A stretch of 35,925 bases of DNA from Candidatus Nezhaarchaeota archaeon WYZ-LMO8 (GCA_004347965.1 QNVF01000011.1:1-35925), one strand, 5' to 3'; positions 9,113 to 19,473 are shown, counted from the first letter of the stretch. Made by a program: numbers and translations. The notes: generated by a model not told the origin, from the sequence alone.

Positions 9113-9621
9113 TTTCCACGCCAACGCTATGATGAGGGCTTGCTTTTCTTGTGCCTATATAGGAATGGAGATGATATTTTGGTTTTGATGATAGTGAATG
9201 ATCCAGAGCTCATGCTCAGGATGGCAGCTATGAAGAAGCTCAGAGAAAAATGGGCTCAAGGATAGTGTTAGAAAGTAAGTGGTAGAGCTATAGTTTTGCG
9301 ATGCTTACGATAGTATCAGAGATAATATGTCTCGTAGATTATTTGCTAAGCACTTCATAAGAATTTCCTGGTTGTCCTTTAGTTTTAAGTACTGCTTAAG
9401 CTACTAGAGGGGCTCAAACCATCTAGGTAGAGACGCTTAATATCTAAATTCATAGCGTCGTCTAAATGAGCGTCAAAAGGCGTGCTTGGGTAAACCATTT
9501 AAGTGATTTTTCAGCGGACATGACGTTAATGAGAGACGTATCTATTACGCCAAAATCGTGACTTAGGAAGGAGCTATAGCTACGTCGAAGACCTTTAGAG
9601 TGTAGGAAGATGGTAAAGCTT

Positions 9622-10263
9622 TCAGCTCATCGCTTCAGCCTTTGAGCGATGACCTCCTGATTCTTTGCCCTTCTTTGACTCCCTTTCAAGTCTCTTCTTC
9701 CTCCACTTGTAGTTATGAGACTCCTTGAGGCCTCTCGACTTTCTCAGCCCCCTCATCTTCTTGCCTGCCGACGTTAGTCCCCTGAAAGCCCTTCCTCTGT
9801 TGGCTGGACTACATATCCAGTTTATTTCTGGATCATTCTGTATAGCTGGATGGTGAGGATCAACCATTATCACCTCATACCACTTATAGCGTCCATCTTC
9901 ACCGACGTAGTAGCTATTTAGAACCTCTAGATTCGGGAATTTTCTAGCTGCTCTCTCCTCAGCTATTAACCTGAGACTCTTCCAAGTGGTGTAGCCGTGA
10001 ACTCCCATTCTCTTAGGTCTCCTGCCAGAATCTGGCCTAGGCTTCCTCTGTCCTCCCTTCCTCACCCTAACCCTTACAACTACGAAGCCCTGTTTAGCCT
10101 TGTAGCCTAACGCCCTAGCTCTGTTAAGCCTAGTGGGTTTCTCGATCCTAACTACTGTGGGCTCCCTTCTCCACTCTATGAAGCGTTGTCTCATTATTTC
10201 TTTCATTTCCCCTTGATAGGGTCTCTTCCAGTGCTCCGCTATGTAGTGGTACATGGACTTCAA
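9622..10263 (-). CDS. rpl15e: 50S ribosomal protein L15e
   Basis: [29 protein letters not shown] and [11 protein letters not shown] motifs. TTG start at 10263 chosen from the GAGGTG RBS (ORF track starts at 10290). Confidence 0.96.
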   Translation of the reverse strand: MKSMYHYIAEHWKRPYQGEMKEIMRQRFIEWRREPTVVRIEKPTRLNRARALGYKAKQGFVVVRVRVRKGGQRKPRPDSGRRPKRMGVHGYTTWKSLRLIAEERAARKFPNLEVLNSYYVGEDGRYKWYEVIMVDPHHPAIQNDPEINWICSPANRGRAFRGLTSAGKKMRGLRKSRGLKESHNYKWRKKRLERESKKGKESGGHRSKAEAMS

Positions 10264-10367
10264 CTCTAGCACCTCGCGGTTTAGGATCATTAGCTAACTT
10301 AAATGTTTTCGCTCAGTTATACGATGAGTTAATTTCTCCGCCCTCAAATTAACTCTTGTGGAGTTAC

Positions 10368-11477
10368 ATGTTTGAGGTCTTCCTACTTAGACCAGATGCT
10401 CTTAGGGTTTGGAATCACCCTGAGATTAGGAAGAGACTTGGATGGTACTACAAGGTTATGGTAGACGAGAATCCAGCTAAGTACAGGATATGCAAGAGGA
10501 TTGAAGTAGATGTTGACTTGTCAGTTGATGATGAGGGGCTTTGGAGAGCACATAGAGAGGGGGCTAAGAGATTCTCTGAGATCTGGAGAGAGATAGCTTC
10601 AGGTGATATGAGGATTGAAGACCTCGAAGAGCCGAAGGTAAGCCTTCTAGATGTGAAGGTTGAACTAGTCAAGAGGATGTTAAGGTCCTGCATATTCTGT
10701 GAGAGGAGGTGCAAAGTGAATAGGGAGAGGGGTGAGAAGGGCTTTTGCAAGTTAGATGCTACTGCTAGGGTCTCTAGCTTCTTTCACCACTACGGTGAGG
10801 AAGCCCCATTAGTACCAAGTGGTACCATATTCTTCACGAGCTGTAGCTTCAAGTGCGTCTACTGTCAGAACTGGGACATATCAACTGATCCATACAACGG
10901 AGTTGAGGTGACGCCCAAACAGCTTGCATCTATAGCTACTAGACTTAGGAAGGAGGGCTGTAGAAACATAAATTACGTTGGTGGAAATCCTGATCAATCT
11001 ATGCATGTGATAGTTGAGTCTCTTAAGTACATGGACATCAACGTGCCGATACTTTGGAATAGCAATGCTTACTCAAGCTTAGAAGCTATGGAGATACTTA
11101 AGGACATAGTTGACATATGGCTTCCAGACTTTAAGTACGGCAACGATAAGTGTGCTGAGAGACTCTCCATGGTTCCTATGTACTTCGAGGTAGTGACTAG
11201 GAACTTGAAGATAATGCATGAAAATGGGGACATAATAGTCAGACACCTAGTCCTTCCAAACCACATAGAGTGCTGCACTAAGCAGGTGTTGAAGTGGTTA
11301 GCTGAGAACTGTCCTAGATGTTTAGTCAACATAATGGAGCAGTATAGACCTGAACACGAGGTTGCTAGAAGACCACACTTGTACCCAGACATCAATAGGA
11401 GACCTACTATGGACGAGATGAACAAAGCTTACAGTATTGCTGAGAAGCTTGGGATAGTTTACGAGCCAGTATCTTAA
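10368..11477 (+). CDS. Radical SAM protein, PflX/pyruvate formate-lyase activating enzyme-like family
   Basis: CIFCERRC...GFC, GEE..LVPSGTIFF, CSFKCVYCQN, DFKYGN and VRHLVLPNH motifs; ATG at 10368 follows GGAG. Confidence 0.85.
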   Translation: MFEVFLLRPDALRVWNHPEIRKRLGWYYKVMVDENPAKYRICKRIEVDVDLSVDDEGLWRAHREGAKRFSEIWREIASGDMRIEDLEEPKVSLLDVKVELVKRMLRSCIFCERRCKVNRERGEKGFCKLDATARVSSFFHHYGEEAPLVPSGTIFFTSCSFKCVYCQNWDISTDPYNGVEVTPKQLASIATRLRKEGCRNINYVGGNPDQSMHVIVESLKYMDINVPILWNSNAYSSLEAMEILKDIVDIWLPDFKYGNDKCAERLSMVPMYFEVVTRNLKIMHENGDIIVRHLVLPNHIECCTKQVLKWLAENCPRCLVNIMEQYRPEHEVARRPHLYPDINRRPTMDEMNKAYSIAEKLGIVYEPVS

Positions 11478-11480
11478 ACT

Positions 11481-12044
11481 TTAACTCTTAGCTTTTAGAG
11501 TTGAGGAAATCCTCTGAGCTATCGTGTTAATTAGAGAAGTCCTGTTTGACAACGTTAACTCGATTATTTCAAAGTCTCTTCGACTCCTTATGTAATTGAG
11601 GAGTGGATGGTTAAGCTTGTAGTGTATTGTTGCTAGTAGAGACTTCTCAGAAGCTAAGGCATTCTTTACTGCCTCAATAAACCTCTGAGACTTGAGCTCC
11701 ATCGGTCCTATTTCGTCTACGACTATTAAATCACACTGCTCTAAGGCTTTAGATATGGAATTAACAACGAAGGAGTCTAGGTTTTCCACGTGAACCAAGT
11801 ATTTGCCAACTCTGGGTCCTGGAGCTGAGCTTACTGAAGCTAGCTGTGCTTCAGCTCCACTTTCAATGTCAACTATCTTAAATCCCACTCTATCACCTCT
11901 ATGATCTCTAACTTCAAGCGTCACAATTCCACCTACCTTGAAACTCATGTTCCTTAATCTGTTAACTACATTGAGAATTAACGTGGTCTTGCCTATTCCA
12001 GGTCTACCAGTTATGAAAATCTTCTCTTTCAGAGCTACCCCCAT
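11481..12044 (-). CDS. Nucleoside-triphosphatase, THEP1/NTPase_1 family
   Basis: ITGRPGIGKTT, RVGF, VGKY and VVDEIGPMELKS motifs. Confidence 0.92.
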   Translation of the reverse strand: MGVALKEKIFITGRPGIGKTTLILNVVNRLRNMSFKVGGIVTLEVRDHRGDRVGFKIVDIESGAEAQLASVSSAPGPRVGKYLVHVENLDSFVVNSISKALEQCDLIVVDEIGPMELKSQRFIEAVKNALASEKSLLATIHYKLNHPLLNYIRSRRDFEIIELTLSNRTSLINTIAQRISSTLKAKS

Positions 12045-12083
12045 TACCTCTTGAAGGCTTAATAGTTAAGCGTTACTAAGGTA

Positions 12084-12860
12084 TTGTTGATGGGCTTGAG
12101 GATATTTAAAGGGCTTGAAACCGATAATGCGTACTTAGAGTTGAAGACTAGCTTAGCCAACAACGAGTCAGTAATAATAGTTGGAGACTGCGAAGTCGAG
12201 TATTATGGGCGAGCGAGCTCAACATTAACGAGAGGTGAGAGGGTCGTTATGATAAAGCAAGATGGTTCCATCCTGGTCCATAGACCTGAAGGCTACGAGC
12301 CTGTCAATTGGCAGCCACCTGGTTGTTTATTTAAGGTGGATAGCTTGAATGGGCTTCTAAAAATTGTTGCAACTAGACTTAGCCCTCATGAAGTCTTGAC
12401 CATCTCATTCCATAAGGTCTATGTAATGGTGTGTGGAAGACTGTACGATAAAGGCATATTCTCTATGCATGCGAGTGAAGATGAGATGAAGGAAGCCATA
12501 AGGCTAAATCCATCATTGATCGAGGAAGGGCTAAGAATATTAACTTCAGAGAAGGATCTTGGAGAAGCTGGTTACGCAGACTTTGTAGGTGAAGATTCTA
12601 AGGGGAACTTCGTAGTAATAGAAATTAAAAGAGAAGTTGCAGGAGAGGAAGAAGTCTTACAACTTGCTAGGTACGTTAATGAAGCTAAACAAAGAGTTAA
12701 CAGACCAGTTAGAGGGGTGCTTGTTGCTCCATCGCTAAGGAGGAGAGGACAGGTGCTCTTAGAGCAACTGAAACTTGAATTTAAGGCATTAACACCTGAA
12801 AGCTGTAAAAGGTTTTTAAAGAAAGTTCCAAGACTGAGCCTACTCGAGTTCATGGAGTGA
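12084..12860 (+). CDS. nucS: Endonuclease NucS/EndoMS
   Basis: YYGRASS, KQDGSILVH, PVNWQPPG, D...EIKR, QLARY and GVLVAP motifs; PIP-like C-terminus. Exact start uncertain (TTG TTG ATG). Confidence 0.93.
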   Translation: MLMGLRIFKGLETDNAYLELKTSLANNESVIIVGDCEVEYYGRASSTLTRGERVVMIKQDGSILVHRPEGYEPVNWQPPGCLFKVDSLNGLLKIVATRLSPHEVLTISFHKVYVMVCGRLYDKGIFSMHASEDEMKEAIRLNPSLIEEGLRILTSEKDLGEAGYADFVGEDSKGNFVVIEIKREVAGEEEVLQLARYVNEAKQRVNRPVRGVLVAPSLRRRGQVLLEQLKLEFKALTPESCKRFLKKVPRLSLLEFME

Positions 12861-14382
12861 GCGTAAATAGCTTTAAGATGACTTTGTTTATTTCTTCCGT
12901 GAATATTGTTGGATACATACCTAGGAAAAGTGATGCTAGAGCCATGACCATTAGTGGTGTAAGAAAACTTAGAGGAGCTTCTTTAACTTCGTTAAGTTGT
13001 GGTGGAGCTTGACCGAAGAGCATTCTCCTTATGGACCAGAGCGAGTAGGCAAACGTTAAGACAGTCGCTATTATTGCCACAATGACCATGAATATCCTGA
13101 AAGCCTCAGCAACTAGCGAGGCAGAGCCTATAGCACCTGTGAAGATCATCCACTCACTTATGAAGCCACTGGTGAAGGGTACTCCCATCAATGTGAAGAA
13201 GCCTATGAACATCATAACAGCTGTGTACGGCATTTTACCCGCTAAGCCTCCCATTTGACTTATGGTCCTCGTACCCACTTGAACCATGAAGACCCCGACT
13301 AAGAGGAATAGTATTGCTTTACCCATGGCGTGAGCTATGTAGTGGAACATGGATCCCGTAGCACCTATTGCTGCTAGGCTCTTGAAACCCATACTTATTG
13401 CTAAGGCTGCAGCACCAAGCCCTAGAAGTATGTAGCCCATCTGACTTATGCTCGAGTAGGCTAGTAATCTCTTGAAGTCGTCTTGACTTAAGGCATTGGC
13501 AGCTCCGTATATCATGGTTATGATGGCTAAGACTATCATGGCAGTAGATATGTACTGTAATGCTGGAGTGTAGAGGAACACTATCCTAATTGTGGCGTAA
13601 GCTGCTAGACCACTCATAGCTGACGAGAGGAGAGCAGTTATTGGTGTTGGAGCTTCAACGTAGGTGTCTGGAAGCCAGCTGTGAAGCGGGAATATGGCCA
13701 TCTTCACGAAGAAGCCTATGAGCATCGCTGAGACTATTGCCGTTAAAATCCCAACGTTAGGGTTTAGCTGCGCTATCTTCTGCGGGATTTCGTATATTTC
13801 GAGAGTTTGAAGATAACCATTGGTTGCAACTATTCCAGCTAAGAAGCAAAGTGCTCCAGCTTCGGTGAATAGGAAGTACTTCAAGGCGACCTTCTCCTTC
13901 TCGCCAGTGCCCCACTCATTTATCAGAGCCCATGAAGCTACAACAGCTATCTCGAAGAAAACGAAGAACACTACAAGGTTTGTAGAGAGGACGAGACCAA
14001 TCATTCCTAAGAAGAACAATTGGTAGAGACTGAAGAAGAGGCCCATGTTCGGCAAGTCCCTCATCAACTTCACGGTGTAGAGGGCTGTGAGGGCTGTAAC
14101 TAATGCTATGGTTAGTGCTACTGGTGAGCTCAAGCCGTCGGCTCTGAAGCCAAACCTCAACACCAAATTGCTGGTTACCACCCAATCGTAAATCTTCTCA
14201 TACGACGACACTAAGCCAGCGAAGATCTTGTACGTTGAAACACTAAAAATCACTATGGAGAGTAACGAGGTTAAGATGGCTATAATGCCGTTCCACCTAC
14301 CTAAGGGCTTGTTGAGGCCCAAAGTCACCAGTGATGCTACTGCTGGTACAATTACTGTGTAGGGAAGTAGCTCCTCTATCAT
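12850..14382 (-). CDS. nuoM: NuoM-like proton-translocating antiporter subunit
   Basis: About 14 TM helices; DGLS, FFVFFE, VKMAIFPLHSWLPDTYVEAPTP, KRLLAYSSISQMG, GGL..KMP and GFISEW motifs. Confidence 0.88.
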   Translation of the reverse strand: MIEELLPYTVIVPAVASLVTLGLNKPLGRWNGIIAILTSLLSIVIFSVSTYKIFAGLVSSYEKIYDWVVTSNLVLRFGFRADGLSSPVALTIALVTALTALYTVKLMRDLPNMGLFFSLYQLFFLGMIGLVLSTNLVVFFVFFEIAVVASWALINEWGTGEKEKVALKYFLFTEAGALCFLAGIVATNGYLQTLEIYEIPQKIAQLNPNVGILTAIVSAMLIGFFVKMAIFPLHSWLPDTYVEAPTPITALLSSAMSGLAAYATIRIVFLYTPALQYISTAMIVLAIITMIYGAANALSQDDFKRLLAYSSISQMGYILLGLGAAALAISMGFKSLAAIGATGSMFHYIAHAMGKAILFLLVGVFMVQVGTRTISQMGGLAGKMPYTAVMMFIGFFTLMGVPFTSGFISEWMIFTGAIGSASLVAEAFRIFMVIVAIIATVLTFAYSLWSIRRMLFGQAPPQLNEVKEAPLSFLTPLMVMALASLFLGMYPTIFTEEINKVILKLFTLTP

Positions 14383-16440
14383 CTACCACAACCCCCCTAG
14401 CTTAAGTAGTATTAAAGCTATGATTATGAGACCCATTAATATGCCTATAATGTTGTAGTTTAAGAAACCTGTCTGTAGCTTCCTAAACTGAGATGCAAAA
14501 CCCACAACACCTGATACAAATCCTGCTAATGCTCGGTCAAAGCCTCCAACCTCGATCCACCTATAGAGACCTCGAGATGCCGACATCAAGGGGTAAGCGA
14601 AGGCGTTGTAGTACATCTTATTTATGAACCACCTCTTGAAGAGGAAAGTGTGAAGTGTGCGTAGCAATAAGCTCTTAGCAACTATAGCTGAGGGGTCTAC
14701 CTTCCTGCTTACATACATGAAGTACGCAGGAATAGCCCCCACAATAAGCATGACTATTGCCAACGGCAACGTTATGATCTGAGGGCTCACAGTTTCAACC
14801 TCCGCTTGCACTGATGGTACCAATGAATGTAAAGCAGCGTATGGAGTCATGCTGGAGAGAGCACGGTGAAGAGCCTCCTCCATCCACCACCCAACAACTC
14901 CTATACCTAGAGAAGCCACGGCTAATATAGCATAGGGCACGTACATTACTGGGCTTGCCTCCTCAATCTTATGGCCTTCGGCCTCGAGCTCCACGATCCT
15001 ATGGCTTTTTTCTCCATGAAACGTTAAGCCCATCATCCTAATAGTGTAAAATACTGTTAGTGCAGCAGTTACTACAGCAAGAACGAATGGACCTAAGAGA
15101 CCTGCTTCCCAGCTTACAGCTAAGACTGTCTCTTTGCTCCAGAAGCCACTGAATGGAGGTACACCTGCTAGTGATAGAGCAGCAAGCCACATCGCCACAT
15201 AAGTCAGGGGCATGTACTTTCGAAGGCCTCCCATGTGGTACATAAATCTAGATTCAACGGCATGTATTATAGCTCCAGCTGAAAGGAATAATGCTGCCTT
15301 AAATATCGCATGGCTCATTAAGTGGAACATTCCTGAAGTTAGCCCTTCAACTAGTCCATGTGCTAATAAACCTCCAGCACCCAACGCCAAGAACATGTAT
15401 CCTATCTGGCTGACAGTTGAATAGGCTAGCACTTTCTTTATCTCCCTAGAAACCATCGCTTGAGTTGCAGCGAGAAAGGCTGTGAAGGCCCCGATCCACG
15501 CAATAATCGTGAAAAATGCCGAAAGCTCTGATATCCTCAATACGTGATAAGCTAGCCAGAATATTGGTAAGACCCTCGCAACTAGGTATACACCTGCTTT
15601 AACCATCGTAGCAGCGTGTATGAGCGCGCTGACAGATGTCGGACCAGCCATGGCATCTGGAAGCCACTCATGAAGTGGGAATTGAGCAGATTTTCCAACT
15701 GGGCCCATGAAGAATAAGATTGCTGCTGGAAGCAGTAGACCAGCCTTGCTTATGGTTGGAGCCCATTGATCAATTCTTTCTAAGAGCTCAGAGTAACTAA
15801 ATGTTCCCGCGAACGCGTAGATAACGAATATCGAGGCCAATAGGCACACGTCACCAATTCTAGTCATTATGAAGGCCTTCATACCTGCATGAGATGGTGG
15901 ATAAGCTTCGTCCCCCTCTCCAACCCAGCACTTTAACCAGTCTTCCTTTGAGTCCCTATACCAGAAGCCTATTAGAGCATAGCTGCAGACACCCACACCC
16001 TCCCAGCCGAAGAACATGAGCAGCATGTTATCTGCCATAACTAGTAGCAGCATGCTGCCGATGAAGAAGTTCATGAAAAACCAGTACCTAGTAAGCCCCG
16101 GCTCTCCATGCATATAACTTAAGGAATAAACCATTATGAGGAAGCTTATCCATGCAACTATGTTGGCCATTATTATGCTTAAAGGATCAACTACGACCCC
16201 CATCTTAACGTTTAGAGAGGGTATCCAGTCAAAGCTCTCGGAATTGAATAGTGGAGTAGCGTTAAATAAGAGAGGTATCATGGTTGAAGCGGATATTGCT
16301 GCAAAAAGAGAAAACAGAACTGCAACGTAGTCTCTAACACGTAGATTAATTTTTGCAAATAGAGGTGTTAGGACGGCTCCAACCATCGGTGAGATCCAGC
16401 AAAGCCAAGCACCAGGATACTCAAGTGACAAGCTCGTCAC
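14383..16440 (-). CDS. nuoL: NuoL-like proton-translocating antiporter subunit
   Basis: GWEGVG, RIGD, GKSAQFPLHEWLPDAMAGPT, HAATMVKAG, HAIFKA and GFWSKE motifs; C-terminal transverse helix ending LQTG plus a TM segment. Confidence 0.92.
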   Translation of the reverse strand: MTSLSLEYPGAWLCWISPMVGAVLTPLFAKINLRVRDYVAVLFSLFAAISASTMIPLLFNATPLFNSESFDWIPSLNVKMGVVVDPLSIIMANIVAWISFLIMVYSLSYMHGEPGLTRYWFFMNFFIGSMLLLVMADNMLLMFFGWEGVGVCSYALIGFWYRDSKEDWLKCWVGEGDEAYPPSHAGMKAFIMTRIGDVCLLASIFVIYAFAGTFSYSELLERIDQWAPTISKAGLLLPAAILFFMGPVGKSAQFPLHEWLPDAMAGPTSVSALIHAATMVKAGVYLVARVLPIFWLAYHVLRISELSAFFTIIAWIGAFTAFLAATQAMVSREIKKVLAYSTVSQIGYMFLALGAGGLLAHGLVEGLTSGMFHLMSHAIFKAALFLSAGAIIHAVESRFMYHMGGLRKYMPLTYVAMWLAALSLAGVPPFSGFWSKETVLAVSWEAGLLGPFVLAVVTAALTVFYTIRMMGLTFHGEKSHRIVELEAEGHKIEEASPVMYVPYAILAVASLGIGVVGWWMEEALHRALSSMTPYAALHSLVPSVQAEVETVSPQIITLPLAIVMLIVGAIPAYFMYVSRKVDPSAIVAKSLLLRTLHTFLFKRWFINKMYYNAFAYPLMSASRGLYRWIEVGGFDRALAGFVSGVVGFASQFRKLQTGFLNYNIIGILMGLIIIALILLKLGGLW

Positions 16441-16592
16441 CCTTGCGACGCCCTTTTTGAGGCTGTAGAAGCGTATTTAACGTTTACTCACTAATCTACT
16501 TAAAGGCAAACTTCAATCATGATGCTAGGTGTACACTGAGTTAGCGCGATTAGAAGACTGCTGCAATAAGGGTTTGAGAGGATCATGAGTTC

Positions 16593-17885
16593 TCACCCGA
16601 AGAAATCCATAATACTTGCTTGACCTCGACGTTCTTTAGCAGTTACGGAAGAAGCATCAACGTCGAGCACTAATCTGCCGTATACACCGTCGTAGCCCGG
16701 CCTTATAGTGACAAGACCTTCTCTCACCCTTACTATTGCTTCTGCTATTCTGCTTGGGACAACCATTTCGAGATCCTTAGCATTAACATTTAAGAGTACG
16801 TTAAGCTCGTTATCGAAGTTCCTTATTAACTTCATGTACAGCTCCCATACCTGCCCCGAGTACAGCTTGGTCTCCCCTCTAATCTTCATGCACTCAGCTA
16901 TGATCTCTGTTAGTGGTAGAAGCTTCTTGAAGCCTATAGCATTCGGCGGTTTAAATCCTCTTGGTCTGTCGGCGAGCTCTTCAACTCTTTGTTCAACACC
17001 CTTCGTTAGCAGCTTCCCGCACTTGGGGCACCTATTACCCCTTTTAATGGCTTCTTCAGGTGGCATGGAAACCCCGCACTTCCTGTGACCAGTCCAGTGG
17101 TATTTGCCGTAGGCCGGATCCACCTCTATGGTCATTAAGAACTTGGAGGGATTCTTGCTAATTATAGCCTCGATAAGCTCTTTATAAGAGGGCTTCTTTA
17201 AGTTAAAGACGTTAACCTCTCTACCAAGCCTATGAGGGTAGGGACTATGACTATCACTATTACTTAGGAGGGTCAGCCTATCAAGCCATGAAACTCGCCA
17301 GTTCATTTCCGGGTCTGAGCTGAGCCCGGTTTCAAGAGCTTTAATTTTGTGGCTCTTATCTCCATAACACTCTTCAAGGCTATCGACTCCACCTATGGAG
17401 CCGAAGATCGACCACCAAGGAGTCCAAGCGTGAGCAGGAAAGATGAAGATGTTACTGTCAATCTCTAGAAGCATTTCTATTAGTTCAGCGGGATTCATGG
17501 CTAGAACTGGACGACCATCAGCCTCTAAGTCGCAGAGTTTACTGAAGACATCAATTACCTGCTCTGCAACCTCAAAGCTAGGCATTAATACGACGTGATG
17601 TATTCTCCTCTTCTTTCCCTCAACTTCATGTATTGTTCCTATCTCTGTCTGAGCTACGAAGTAAAGATTGGCTTGAGAATTCTTAATCTTGTACAGGCTA
17701 GTTCCAGGAACCTCCTCTAGACTTTCCTTTAATTCCTTAAGCCACAATGGATGAATAACGTCACCGGTTCCAAGGAGGTTAATCCCCTTAATGGGGGCAT
17801 AGGCTGATAGCTCTTTCACACTCATCTTTTCTGACGTGGCTCCACTATACTTCGAGTGTATGTGAAGATCAGCGTATATTATCAA
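16593..17885 (-). CDS. Endonuclease Q family PHP-domain nuclease (TIGR00375-like)
   Basis: DLHIHSKYS, GTGD, PAHAWTPW, ETGLSSD, NSDSHS, GRE, GKYH..HRKC...CPKC and PGYDGVYG motifs; C-terminal PIP box QASIMDFF. Confidence 0.88.
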   Translation of the reverse strand: MIIYADLHIHSKYSGATSEKMSVKELSAYAPIKGINLLGTGDVIHPLWLKELKESLEEVPGTSLYKIKNSQANLYFVAQTEIGTIHEVEGKKRRIHHVVLMPSFEVAEQVIDVFSKLCDLEADGRPVLAMNPAELIEMLLEIDSNIFIFPAHAWTPWWSIFGSIGGVDSLEECYGDKSHKIKALETGLSSDPEMNWRVSWLDRLTLLSNSDSHSPYPHRLGREVNVFNLKKPSYKELIEAIISKNPSKFLMTIEVDPAYGKYHWTGHRKCGVSMPPEEAIKRGNRCPKCGKLLTKGVEQRVEELADRPRGFKPPNAIGFKKLLPLTEIIAECMKIRGETKLYSGQVWELYMKLIRNFDNELNVLLNVNAKDLEMVVPSRIAEAIVRVREGLVTIRPGYDGVYGRLVLDVDASSVTAKERRGQASIMDFFG

Positions 17886-17940
17886 ATAAGGTTACCCAAT
17901 TATACTTGCCTTAAATAATGCTAAGAAAGCTTTTCTGTGT

Positions 17941-19473
17941 TTACGGTAATGGAAGGAGGATTGATGCTGCCTTCTGAGCTACCTCTATTAAAGGCCATGG
18001 ATAGCAGCCAATGGCTACTAGCGCTATCATGAGCAGTACTAGGGGGACTACAATCAATGCTGATACCTCCTTTGATGTCTCAGCCCTAATCCCCTTAGGT
18101 CTTATGACGCACACTTGAAGTAGCCTTAGATAATATGCTGCTGCGAACACACTATTTACAAGCATTAGTGAGGTGACTACGTTCATAAAGGCATCACCAA
18201 CACTATAGCCAGACATTAGCAGCAATAGTTTGCTCACGAAGCCAGCTAGAGGAGGAGCTCCACTTAATGATAGTAAACCTATTGAGAACGATGCCCCCGT
18301 CCACGGCATTGCTCTGCCAATGCCTTGGAGGTCATAGATGTTCCTCGTTTTAGCCCTCGTGATAAATGAGCCAGCTGCAAGGAAGAGGAGACCCTTGCCA
18401 ATGGCATGTGATAATAGATGCATTAAGGCTCCAATAAAGCCCATTAAGCTTGCAGCAATAGCTCCTATGCGTAAGCCATAAGCTGCTACTCCTAGACCAA
18501 ACAGTATGAAACCTATGTTAACAGTGCTCGAGAATGCTAAGAGTCTTTTTACGTCCCTCTGCAATAGCGCCATTATGTTTGCAACCGTCGTAGTTACAAC
18601 AGCGAAGACCGTAAAGAGTACTCCATAGTTAAAGATTAATGGGTTAAAGATCGTGTAGGCGCTCCTCGCGATGGCGTAGATAGCAGCCTTAATTACTAAC
18701 CCCGACAGCATGGCGCTTATTGGGCTCGGAGCGGCTGGATGAGCGTCGGGCAACCAAGTGTGGAAGGGTACTATGGAGGCTGTAACGCCGAACCCGACGA
18801 AGATCAAGGTTAACGTGATGTAGCCGTAGAATGGGTCAACGCTTGACGTAGAGAATATCATTGAGAGGGCATGGAAGTTCAGTGTTCCCGCATAGCCGTA
18901 GAGCAACGCCATGCCCAGCAAAGCCATGAGAGAACCAAGAGAGCTCATCACCAAGTACTTGAAGCCAGCTTCTATAGGCTCCCACCGGTACTTCCTGAAA
19001 GCTACGAGAGAATACGAAGATACGCTCATTAACTCCCAGAAAACGAATAACGTGAAGAAATCTCCAGCAATTGCTACACCAATCATTCCAGCTACGAGCA
19101 GCAACAACATCGTGTAGTACCTATCTAAGCCAGTATCATGTTCCATGTACTTTATGGAGTATAAGGATACAAGTAGACCTAGACCGAGGAATAGTAACAC
19201 CATGAAAATGCTTAATGCATCTACCCTGATTTCAACACCTAATGGTGGTCCAAAGCCTGAAAGTGATGCTACAGCGCCCTCAGTTAGTAGGGCCTTAGGC
19301 ATATCTATTGAAAGTAGAAGGGCTATGAGGAGTCCGAGTGTCGCAAATGCCCCCGTCAAACGCTTGAGCTTTAGTTTTCCTTCAATGTAACCTAGTAGTG
19401 GAGCCACTACAGAGAAAGTAATTAAAGCTATTAAAGGCCTTAAAACAGTCACCAAGTCCACTTCAATTACCAT
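17941..19473 (-). CDS. NuoN/MrpD/MbhH-like antiporter subunit
   Basis: GDFFTLFVFWELMS, EAGFKY, VPFHTWLPDAHPAAPSPISAMLSG, KRLLAFSS and GFVSK motifs. Confidence 0.88.
   Translation of the reverse strand: MVIEVDLVTVLRPLIALITFSVVAPLLGYIEGKLKLKRLTGAFATLGLLIALLLSIDMPKALLTEGAVASLSGFGPPLGVEIRVDALSIFMVLLFLGLGLLVSLYSIKYMEHDTGLDRYYTMLLLLVAGMIGVAIAGDFFTLFVFWELMSVSSYSLVAFRKYRWEPIEAGFKYLVMSSLGSLMALLGMALLYGYAGTLNFHALSMIFSTSSVDPFYGYITLTLIFVGFGVTASIVPFHTWLPDAHPAAPSPISAMLSGLVIKAAIYAIARSAYTIFNPLIFNYGVLFTVFAVVTTTVANIMALLQRDVKRLLAFSSTVNIGFILFGLGVAAYGLRIGAIAASLMGFIGALMHLLSHAIGKGLLFLAAGSFITRAKTRNIYDLQGIGRAMPWTGASFSIGLLSLSGAPPLAGFVSKLLLLMSGYSVGDAFMNVVTSLMLVNSVFAAAYYLRLLQVCVIRPKGIRAETSKEVSALIVVPLVLLMIALVAIGCYPWPLIEVAQKAASILLPLP

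Noticed and set aside
9129..9245. Box C-like ATGATGA/TTGATGA motifs
   Set aside because: Only CAGA as a D-like element, with no C' box or terminal stem; insufficient.
16519..16580. Possible C/D sRNA (ATGATGC-N10-CTGA) between nuoL and EndoQ
   Set aside because: No recognisable C' box, matching D box or terminal stem.
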